Assembly (NCBI RefSeq): GCF_000011325.1
Contig: NC_003450.3
Span: 2,550,001-2,582,000 of the forward strand
Origin: Corynebacterium glutamicum ATCC 13032
GTDB taxonomy: Bacteria > Actinomycetota > Actinomycetes > Mycobacteriales > Mycobacteriaceae
Length of the DNA stretch: 32,000 nucleotides
Direction of reading: 5' to 3'
Position numbers and translations under genes: made by a program. The notes under the pieces are model-generated. The model did no database searches, was not told the origin of the DNA, and saw only the letters and a program-made list of their open reading frames with translations. Shown piece after piece: positions 9,108-16,345 of this stretch. How positions within the stretch are numbered: position 1 is the stretch's first letter; every line of letters begins with the position of its first letter.

Positions 9108-10135
9108 TGAGATTAAAGAAGCAGCTTCTTGGCAGCCTGTTAGTTGTCATCGTGGTTTTGTCCATCGCCGTAGCAACCACCAAACAACAAAAAGGCTTCG
9201 TCACAGGTCAGCCCACCGGTGCGCTTAACCTCTCCGACATCCTCGACTCCGAAGAACTTGGCGAGTATCACCTCATGTCAGCCGCCATCATCACTGGTAA
9301 CACTGTAGATTTCAGCGGGCTCGGCGCAGGTCCAGACGACCCTTTTGAAATCGCATCGATTACGAAGATCTTCACCGGTGAGCTGCTTCGACTTCAGATT
9401 GAGCGAGGAGAGATCACAGAATCCACGGCCGTCGGAGACGTTCTTGGAGAACGTGTAGCCGACTCCCTCATCCGGGACATAACCGTGGAAGAACTAGCCA
9501 ATCACACCAGCGGACTACCCCGTCTAGGCAATGTAGGACTTAGACCTTTTATGGCTACGTTCTTTGACAAGAATCCTTACAAAGACCTCTCTGCAGATCG
9601 AGTCATCTCTATCAGCACAACGTCCAAATTGAATTCGCGCGGAGAATTTCACTACTCAAATCTTGGTTTTGCTCTGCTTGGCCAAGTCCTTGCCCGCAAT
9701 GCCGGTTTAACGTTTGACCAGCTCTTAGACCGTGATTTACTGGCACCACTCAACCTCAATAACACCAAGCTCATGACCCCAGAATCCCTCGCTCAAGATG
9801 CACCTCAAGGGTTCTCAACACCTGGCAAACAAGTCGAAGCGTGGGAGATGGATGGCTTTCTCCCCGCAGCTGGCCTGCGTTCCACCGCGCGCGACATGGC
9901 AGTTTTCTGTCAGTACTTATTCACAAAAGGCCCCGCCCCTTTCACCTGGCAATCCCTTGAATCGGCCCCTGAAATCGTCTGGCATAACGGAGAGTCCTTT
10001 GGATATAGTTCCGTACTCTTCTTTAACACCGCTACAACTACTGCCATCTTCGTTGCTGCCGACGTTGCCACATCTGTCTTCCCAATTGGTCACGAGCTTT
10101 TAATGGCAAACTCCACTAGGCAGGAATCAAAATGA
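9107..10135 (+). CDS. Membrane-anchored/secreted beta-lactamase-family serine hydrolase (class C / LipP-like esterase or PBP)
   Basis: It has an N-terminal signal/anchor (LLGSLLVVIVVLSIAVA), the SxxK motif (ASITK) and the YxN motif (YSNLG). An equivalent gene (lipP) sits next to tig in mycobacteria. Confidence 0.8.
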   Translation: MRLKKQLLGSLLVVIVVLSIAVATTKQQKGFVTGQPTGALNLSDILDSEELGEYHLMSAAIITGNTVDFSGLGAGPDDPFEIASITKIFTGELLRLQIERGEITESTAVGDVLGERVADSLIRDITVEELANHTSGLPRLGNVGLRPFMATFFDKNPYKDLSADRVISISTTSKLNSRGEFHYSNLGFALLGQVLARNAGLTFDQLLDRDLLAPLNLNNTKLMTPESLAQDAPQGFSTPGKQVEAWEMDGFLPAAGLRSTARDMAVFCQYLFTKGPAPFTWQSLESAPEIVWHNGESFGYSSVLFFNTATTTAIFVAADVATSVFPIGHELLMANSTRQESK

Positions 10136-10590
10136 TCGATTCCCCCGCCTCTATCCATCGGCGAATCGTTGCAACCTTGGCCGATTACAGCATCGCGCTC
10201 CTCATTGGAGGAGGCATTGCTCTGGCTTTCGGAACTAGTATCCTCAACCCGCTCTTTTCAACTGTTCTCACGATTGCCTTTTGGCTTTCCAAATCTTTAT
10301 TAGAAGCAGCCTTCGGAACTACACCAGGAAAAATGCTCACACACCTGCACGTCAACCACGACATACATGGTGAGCGCCTAAGCATCTACTACTCCTCAGC
10401 AAGAAACGCGTGGATCTTGTTGGAGATCATCCCACTTGTCGGCCTAGTACTATTCAGCTTTGTAGCCATTTTCCTCGTCGCTAGTTGCATTCGCGCTTGC
10501 AACTTCATGGGTTTACATGACAAATTTGCACATGTAAATGTCTTGCGGAAAAACGAAAAACACCCTCTCAACTGCTTTAAATGCAACTGA
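10132..10590 (+). CDS. RDD-family small membrane protein
   Basis: The start overlaps the upstream stop (ATGA). The N terminus RRIVATLADYSIALLIGG is RDD-domain-like, and there are 3-4 predicted TM segments. Confidence 0.55.
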   Translation: MIDSPASIHRRIVATLADYSIALLIGGGIALAFGTSILNPLFSTVLTIAFWLSKSLLEAAFGTTPGKMLTHLHVNHDIHGERLSIYYSSARNAWILLEIIPLVGLVLFSFVAIFLVASCIRACNFMGLHDKFAHVNVLRKNEKHPLNCFKCN

Positions 10591-10608
10591 GAGAGTGTTA
10601 TTATTTTG

Positions 10609-10680
<72 letters not shown>

Positions 10681-11115
10681 ACTTGTGAACTTTTGCAAGA
10701 ACTCTTGTTTGGTTCGAGGAAAAGCATAGCGCATATTGTTGTTTTATTAAAAATCGGCAGGCTGGCACCCGGTTTTCGAACAAGACTTTTGGCCAGACCA
10801 CATTCTCAAGAATCCCTTTCGATACATCGCTACTTTTCATCCGGCACCTATCCAGCAAATAGCCAGTTAACCTGCAGCAAGTGTGTTATTGTACATTTCC
10901 TTGCAATTCCCCCTTACGAAACCCGCTAAACCTTAAAGGAACATAAGAGAATTTTAGCAAGTGTGTCCGTCTGGCCCCATAAAATATACAAGTACTTGTT
11001 TATAAGTCCAGCGTACATGGGATAATTTTAACAAAGTACCTGAAATGTTCTTAGGTTGTAAAAACCTTAGAATAATTTCGACAAAAACTACCTCCTTGGC
11101 GTAACCTAGCTAAAC

Positions 11116-11367
11116 ATGAAGCCAAAAATTATCGATGCCGAATCGGGCAGAGAGCTCTGGACTGCAATTGAATGTGCAGAGTTCTCCGGTACTGCTCGAG
11201 GTACTTTCACTAGCTACGCAGGTCGAGGACGTGCTCCAAAGCCAGTTGCAAAGCTCCATGGGCTCACTTTGTGGGACTCCCAAACCATTGAGGAATGGGT
11301 CGACGACCGCGCTGCAGGAAACAAGGGATTAATTAATTCCGAAGAGACTGTCGCAGTCGCCAACTAA
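11116..11367 (+). CDS. Small excisionase/AlpA/MerR-like HTH DNA-binding protein (orphan)
   Basis: The 83-aa protein has the pattern WTAIECAEFSGTARGTFTSYAGRGRAPKPVAKLHGLTLWDSQTIEEWV, which fits the excisionase-type wHTH (HTH, then P.PV, then W...I..W). A strong terminator follows. No SD is seen. Confidence 0.45.
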   Translation: MKPKIIDAESGRELWTAIECAEFSGTARGTFTSYAGRGRAPKPVAKLHGLTLWDSQTIEEWVDDRAAGNKGLINSEETVAVAN

Positions 11368-11383
11368 GCACTTTTTCTCAAAA

Positions 11384-11409
11384 GCCACGAAAACAATCGT
11401 TTTCGTGGC
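11384..11409 (+). terminator. Rho-independent terminator after the 83-aa HTH gene
   Basis: A perfect 11-bp stem GCCACGAAAAC / GTTTTCGTGGC with loop AATC is followed by ATTTGTCTTTT. Confidence 0.75.
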
Positions 11410-11414
11410 ATTTG

Positions 11415-11422
11415 TCTTTTCT
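11415..11422. repeat. Target-site duplication (left copy) TCTTTTCT
   Basis: This 8-mer directly abuts the left IS end. The identical 8-mer abuts the right end at 12849..12856. Confidence 0.85.
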
Positions 11423-11448
11423 GGGTTAAGGGAAAATCTGTGTGCTTT
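11423..11448. repeat. IS terminal inverted repeat (end distal to transposase start)
   Basis: The first 14 nt are identical to the reverse complement of the other end. There is then a 1-nt indel and mismatch, followed by 10 more identical nt. Confidence 0.85.
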
Positions 11449-11480
11449 CCCCAGGTCGACCCGAATCCGTGCTCTAGGGG

Positions 11481-12777
11481 CTAGTTGAAACGACCTGCCC
11501 ATCCCTGCCGGATACCGCTAGAGTTATTCGGTGTGGCATCGATTCCGGTGTCATAGGTAGCCGGGCGCCCGTCGTGGTCGTGTGGTTGTTCTTGTTGGAT
11601 CAAGTCGGGGACTTTGGCGAGTCCGTCTTGACCCCAGTTTTGTTGCCTGGCGATCTCAACCGGATCGCCAGGCAACTGCGTATGCATCAATAACCACCAA
11701 TCCACCGCGATACGTTGATGTTCATCAAACATCCCCCGATGGTTTCTCGCCAACGCTTTAATCTGAGCGTTGATACCACCTTCCAAACAGTTCGTTGTTG
11801 ATTTCACCACCCCGTCAACCTCTGCTGGTGGATCAATATAGGTAAACAAATGCCCATTGCGGGCCAAGGCTTCCAACTGCTTATAAGCAGTCCGGTGGGT
11901 TTTGTGGGTGTGACCTGCCATTTCTGATTGGGGCGGATATGTTTCGGGATGGCATGTGCTGGTACATCAGCGCGGTAGGTGCGTTCGTTAAGCCAGTCCC
12001 CGTAGGTGAGGTAGAACTCTTGGAGGAGTTTGCGCCAGTCGGCGGCTTGTTCCGGTGTGGTGACTTTCAGCAGTTTCAAGGAGAGACCCCGGAGTGCTTT
12101 TCGGCGAGCTCAGCACGGGTCTTAGGGTGACGTGTTTTTGGACGTTGCGTTTGACGTGGACGAGGCAGCGTTGGATTTTCGTTGTCGGCCAGGTCGTGGT
12201 GATGGCTTTGAGTGCGCCTTTTTTGTCCGTCGGTGGTCACGATTAAGGGTGGTTGGAGTTGATCGAAGAGGTGGGTGTAGTTGTAGGCGTCTTCTTTGGT
12301 GCACCAGCGCCAGGCGACGACGTGGTCGAAGGTGTAGGCCACGAGGAGGCATGTGGTGTTGAAGAAAGTGCCGTCGATGAAGAGTTAGTCATAGACACGG
12401 AAGCGGTCGGTGTTGCGGGGGACTTGTACGAACCAGTAGTCGTGGAACCAGTTGGTGAGGGTACGACGGGTCACGCCTAGTTGGTTGGCGAGGTTGGTGC
12501 GTGATGGGAGTTGAGGATCCAGTTGATAAAGAGTTGGAATCGGTGGGCGTGGTGGTCGTTGGGTCGGGTGTTGGTGGTGGTGGCGTTGCAGGTGGTGCAG
12601 CGCCATCGGGTGGTGCCTTTTGTTGTAGTGGCTGTTTTTTCTCATGGGGCCGGTGCATACCGGGCAGTTGGGTCGTGTTCTTTTCACCTTGTTTGGTGTA
12701 GTCCCCGCGTGTATCACAGGTTGGTGTTGGGGTGGGGATGTTGCCTGGTTTTGATGGGTTTGTGGTTGGCAGAACAC
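11481..12777 (-). pseudogene. IS1249-family transposase pseudogene (one in-frame stop plus several frameshifts)
   Basis: Four ORF fragments lie in three frames: 12385..12777, 12076..12342, 11804..12079 and 11481..11921. Family-like segments are present: CPVCTGPMRKN, LANQLGVTRRTL, LFIDGTFFNTTCLLVAYTFDHVVAWRW, TDGQK, and GGINAQIKALARNHRG. An in-frame TAA sits at 12385..12387. A frameshift falls in the homopolymer run at 12219..12224. Confidence 0.85.
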
Positions 12778-12823
12778 ATTTTTGTGGGGTTGGTGCTGGT
12801 GGGGTTATGTTTCTGGGCCACTA

Positions 12824-12848
12824 AAAGCACACATTTTTCCCTTAACCC
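12824..12848. repeat. IS terminal inverted repeat (end proximal to transposase start)
   Basis: AAAGCACACATTTTTCCCTTAACCC is the reverse complement of the left repeat (see 11423..11448). Confidence 0.85.
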
Positions 12849-12856
12849 TCTTTTCT
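12849..12856. repeat. Target-site duplication (right copy) TCTTTTCT
   Basis: It is identical to 11415..11422 and directly abuts the IS end. An 8-bp duplication fits IS256-superfamily behaviour. Confidence 0.85.
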
Positions 12857-12963
12857 AGCGATACCAGACACAAAATCAGCAGAAGTACCTTTACAGTCTT
12901 AAAACAGGGAACTTTAACGAAAGACTTGTCGTTACTTTAGTAATTAGACCAACATGGTGGTGA

Positions 12964-13851
12964 GTGGTTGAAATCTTGCCATCAAAATTATCGAGTGAGT
13001 TGAAGCATTCCGTGGAAGTACTACTACTTATCGCAATCGTCGTTGGTGGTGGCGTTTTTGTCGCCTCAAAGATGGGATCCAATAACAATAAGAAGCAAGA
13101 AGAAGCCAAGTTTGCTGACGCACAGGCAGATGCGCGTCGGTGGATTGAGCGTCTTGGTTCCCAGGTTTTGACCATCGCAGGTACAGATGCTGCGTCGACC
13201 CAGGCTATTGCTGACGCCTCAGAGCGCTATACCGCTGCGTCTTCTCAGATTTCTTCTGCCACTACTCCTCGTCAGGCAGAGTTGGCTCGAGAATCTGCAC
13301 TAGAGGGTCTGCATTATATGAACGCGGCTCGTGAGATCATGGGTATGACTGCTGGCCCTGAGCTGCCTCCTCTGGAAGGTCAGCGCAATGCTGGTCGCGT
13401 TACAGAAAAGCGCACCATTGAGCAGGAGGGTCGCCAGATCACTGCTTCCCCCGTCGCAACAGATGAAACTCCGAACTACTACCCTGGCGGTAACGTTGCG
13501 GGTCGCCCAGTCCCTGCTGGTTGGTACTCCGAGCCTTGGTGGGCAAGCGCATTGCGTTCCGGTCTGTGGACTGCAGGTTCGGTCATGATGTTCTCAGCAA
13601 TGTTTAACGGCATGGCTGGTGTCGGCTACTCCGCTGCAGCCTTTGAAAATGGCTATGGCGAGGGCTACCAAGATGGCCTGGACGCAGCTGGCGGAGACAT
13701 GGGCGATGCTGGCGATATGGGTGACGCCGGAGCTGACATGGGCGATGTTGGTGGTGATGCTGGCGGAGACGGTGGCGGATTCTTCGACGGACTCTTTGGT
13801 GGTGGAGACGGCGGCGATGGCGGCGGATTCGATTTTGACTTCGATTTCTAG
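12964..13851 (+). CDS. Hypothetical two-TM membrane protein with Asp/Gly-rich repetitive C-terminal tail
   Basis: It has a GTG start and an N-terminal TM (VEVLLLIAIVVGGGVFVA), then a ~150-aa helical domain and a second TM (LWTAGSVMMFSAMFNGMAGVGY). A 56-aa tail follows, GGDMGDAGDMGDAGADMGDVGGDAGGDGGG...GGGFDFDFDF. I could not assign a family. Confidence 0.6.
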   Translation: MVEILPSKLSSELKHSVEVLLLIAIVVGGGVFVASKMGSNNNKKQEEAKFADAQADARRWIERLGSQVLTIAGTDAASTQAIADASERYTAASSQISSATTPRQAELARESALEGLHYMNAAREIMGMTAGPELPPLEGQRNAGRVTEKRTIEQEGRQITASPVATDETPNYYPGGNVAGRPVPAGWYSEPWWASALRSGLWTAGSVMMFSAMFNGMAGVGYSAAAFENGYGEGYQDGLDAAGGDMGDAGDMGDAGADMGDVGGDAGGDGGGFFDGLFGGGDGGDGGGFDFDFDF

Positions 13852-13876
13852 CCCAAAATAATCCCCACATAAACAC

Positions 13877-13922
13877 AAAATGGGCGGTTAAGTTCTTGGA
13901 AAAGAACTTAACCGCCCATTTT
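13877..13922. terminator. Bidirectional rho-independent terminator between convergent genes
   Basis: A perfect 21-bp stem AAAATGGGCGGTTAAGTTCTT / AAGAACTTAACCGCCCATTTT with loop GGAA has A/T runs on both sides. It lies between the stops at 13851 (+) and 13930 (-). Confidence 0.9.
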
Positions 13923-13929
13923 TAATTGT

Positions 13930-14403
13930 TTATTCGTTAGGAACGACAGGTGCGATTCCAGTGCGCTCGTAATCAGCGAGGATGTCGATACGACGCTGGT
14001 GGCGCTCGGCGTTGCTCCATTCCTGCTCGAGGAAGGCGTCGACAATTGCCAATGCCTCTTCCTCTGAGTGCATGCGGCCGCCGATGCCGATGAGGTTCGC
14101 ATTGTTGTGCTCGCGGGCGAGGCGTGCAGTTTCAACAGACCAAGCAAGTGCACAACGTGCACCCTTGACCTTGTTGGCGGCGATCTGCTCGCCGTTTCCG
14201 GATCCACCCAGGACGATGCCGAGTGAGCCTGGGTCGTTTACTGTGCGGCTAGCTGCTTCGATGCAGAAGGCTGGGTAGTCATCTTCTGCATCATAGGTGT
14301 GGGCTCCGCAGTCGATCACTTCGTGGCCGTGGGCCTTAAGGTGTTCTGCGATTGCATTTTTAGTTTCGAAACCAGCGTGGTCTGCTCCAAGGTATACGCG
14401 CAT
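13930..14403 (-). CDS. rpiB: Ribose-5-phosphate isomerase B
   Basis: The 157-aa RpiB/LacA/LacB-family protein begins MRVYLGADHAGFETK and contains GGSGNGEQIAANK. The position next to the DsbA-like gene and pepN matches mycobacterial synteny. Confidence 0.92.
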   Translation of the reverse strand: MRVYLGADHAGFETKNAIAEHLKAHGHEVIDCGAHTYDAEDDYPAFCIEAASRTVNDPGSLGIVLGGSGNGEQIAANKVKGARCALAWSVETARLAREHNNANLIGIGGRMHSEEEALAIVDAFLEQEWSNAERHQRRIDILADYERTGIAPVVPNE

Positions 14404-14547
14404 GGAAGTCAGTTTACTGCAGGCATTTTCACAACGGCGGATACCCGGACTTTTCCCCTATTTGGGGGTTCACAAATCGCAAAATAGCTCGACTCAATCT
14501 TGGTAAAGCGGATCGGCTCTGACTCGGGTAGGACACTTCCGTACCTG

Positions 14548-15246
14548 TCATGATGCGGAACGGGTAAGGAAGGGGGAACGGCTTCCCCAAGTCACCCAAC
14601 GCCATAGATACCCAAGTGGCCCCTGTGTGTAGTGGCGCAACCATAAAGCAGAAAGTAGCTCTTGAATAATGAGAATACCCGCAGCTAGGAGCACCGTAGC
14701 TGTCCATGATGTGCTGTGTGGAAGATCCACGATTAGCCCGCCAATGAGCATGAGGATCGTTGCACCAATGTAGTTGGTTAGCGCCATACGCCCTAAAGGT
14801 GCGAAAACTGCAGCGAGTGCACCGCGAATCGGTGTATGCAAGGCCAGCAACACTAAAGAAATGTAGACGCCGCCAAGCGCGAGTCCCGCCACTGTGGAAA
14901 CGATCGAGAAGCCTGAAGAAGTGATGTCACGTGCCTGGATGATCAGCGTAGGTATAGCGATTGCTGCGCTTACGGCGAAAAAGACTCCCATAGCCCGCGG
15001 TGCGTTCTCTGCCCGATCGACTACTCCATACCTAACGAGCGCTGAACCGATCAGGAACATTGAGGGGATAAGCAGGAACCCGCCACCGAAAACCACCGCT
15101 GGCACAAGCGACACTTCGCCAAGGACTGCGACAGCCCAACGAGGCAACCAGGAGGATGGCAGCAAAATGACCAGGCCGACTATTGCATACGGCAACAATG
15201 CTTCACCCGGCTGGAGAATTTGGTGGATGATGCCGAGCGGTATCAA
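14548..15246 (-). CDS. DUF418 (YeiB-like) membrane protein, apparently 5'-truncated (possible pseudogene)
   Basis: The C-terminal DUF418 signature is present (ALTNYIGATILML ... WLRHYTQGPLGYLWRWVTWG). The frame stays open upstream to about 15330 (...RPRIVLFRRLLTL) without a start codon. All frames of 15331..15620 are full of stops, so the usual N-terminal ~130-150 aa are missing. Confidence 0.6.
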   Translation of the reverse strand: MIPLGIIHQILQPGEALLPYAIVGLVILLPSSWLPRWAVAVLGEVSLVPAVVFGGGFLLIPSMFLIGSALVRYGVVDRAENAPRAMGVFFAVSAAIAIPTLIIQARDITSSGFSIVSTVAGLALGGVYISLVLLALHTPIRGALAAVFAPLGRMALTNYIGATILMLIGGLIVDLPHSTSWTATVLLAAGILIIQELLSALWLRHYTQGPLGYLWRWVTWGSRSPFLTRSAS

Positions 15247-15557
15247 CGTGAGAAGTCGACGAAAGAGAACTATTCTTGGGCGTTCACCTCGACGGGCAGC
15301 GGACTGGTTCTGGCCGAACCGAGAAGCCGTTTAACGGCAGTACCTATGTGGTCTAGTTGGTGGTCTAGGTCAAGGCCCGATTGTATCTAGGACTGTTGTT
15401 CCCATGGGATGTATTAAAAAATCGATCAACTAAGCAGAAGTGAGATGCGGGCTTTTTCAATAAAGTTCAATAAAGTATGCTGCGAAACGGAATGAGCAAG
15501 TACGTGCGCGTAATCGGAATTTCATTCGCTGGGGCGGAAAAGCTACAAAAGAATAAA

Positions 15558-15595
15558 ACTGCCCGACGCGATCCTTGAACAGATCAGCGGGCAGT
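15558..15595 (-). terminator. Hairpin terminator after the DsbA-like gene
   Basis: The stem ACTGCCCG / CGGGCAGT has additional inner GATC/GATC pairing. On the minus strand it is followed by TTTTATTCTTTT. It starts 26 nt after the stop at 15621. Confidence 0.6.
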
Positions 15596-15620
15596 GTTTA
15601 ATAAGCAGAGACAGCGTTAA

Positions 15621-16232
15621 TTAGTCGAACTGTGGGTTCTCAGTGCGGCTGCGCTTGATTTCAAAGAAGTGGGGATAGCTTGCGAGCTTGAAGGAAGCGT
15701 CGAAGATCTCTCCTGCTTCCTCGCCGCGTGGGATGCGGGTGAGCACTGGGCCGAAGAAAGCGGTGTCGCCGAGCTTGACCACTGGGGTTCCGACATCGTT
15801 GCCGACCTCGTCCATTGCGGTCTGGTGGAATGCGCGAAGTGCGTCGTCCCATTCGGTGGTGTCTGCAACTTCACCAAGTGCAGCGTCTAGGCCGACCTCT
15901 TCAAGTGCCTCTGCGATGACATCATTGAAGGAACCTTCGATTGGTCCGCGACCGTCGTTGTGGATGCGGGTACCCATTGCGGTGTACAGGTCGCCGAGCT
16001 TGTCAGCATGGTCGGTGGCGACAGCTGCGAAAACGCGTGCTGGTCCCCATGCAGCCTTCATGCGCTCCTTGTAATCCTCTGGGAGATCACGGCCTTCGTT
16101 TAGGACAGCGAGGCTCATTGGAACCCACTGGATTTCAATATCGCGGACTTGTTCGACTTCCTTAATCCAGCGGGAGGTGACCCAGCAGAATGGGCAGGTG
16201 GTATCGAACCAGAAGGTTACTTTTTGAGCCAT
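15621..16232 (-). CDS. DsbA-family thiol-disulfide oxidoreductase (Rv2466c-like, CPFC active site)
   Basis: The 203-aa protein has an N-terminal FWFDTTCPFCW thioredoxin-fold CxxC. The RBS AGAGGA lies upstream of the ATG. It is divergent from pepN, as in mycobacteria. Confidence 0.8.
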   Translation of the reverse strand: MAQKVTFWFDTTCPFCWVTSRWIKEVEQVRDIEIQWVPMSLAVLNEGRDLPEDYKERMKAAWGPARVFAAVATDHADKLGDLYTAMGTRIHNDGRGPIEGSFNDVIAEALEEVGLDAALGEVADTTEWDDALRAFHQTAMDEVGNDVGTPVVKLGDTAFFGPVLTRIPRGEEAGEIFDASFKLASYPHFFEIKRSRTENPQFD

Positions 16233-16345
16233 ATTATTTCCTCTTTCTTAAAGTTTTCTAGCAATCCACACTAGGCGCGAACTATCGTGGTGTCATTGCG
16301 CACCTTCTAAGGGTAGCGCCCCCTCAAATTTCAAGGAGCATTAAA

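Larger units (their letters stand above)
11423..12848 (-). mobile_element. IS1249-family (IS256 superfamily) insertion sequence, 1426 bp, transposase inactivated
   Basis: The terminal inverted repeats are GGGTTAAGGGAAAATCTGTGTGCTTT (left) and the reverse complement of the right end, GGGTTAAGGGAAAAATGTGTGCTTT. It is flanked by an 8-bp direct repeat. The interior encodes IS1249-like transposase fragments on the minus strand. Confidence 0.85.

Noticed and set aside
10876-10966. The 11-mer AGCAAGTGTGT is repeated 80 bp apart (10876..10886 and 10956..10966) in the AT-rich region next to tRNA-Gly.
   Set aside because: The expected number of 11-mer repeats within 100 bp across the window is about 0.8, so it is not significant alone. 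It is kept only as a possible lead under the island-remnant finding.
15348-15390. GTGGTCTAG is repeated at 15348..15356 and 15360..15368, with a third TCTAG nearby. A tandem TCAATAAAGT x2 lies at 15457..15476.
   Set aside because: Several 9-10-mer repeats within 30 bp are expected by chance per window. There is no flanking gene start or dyad symmetry to give them meaning.
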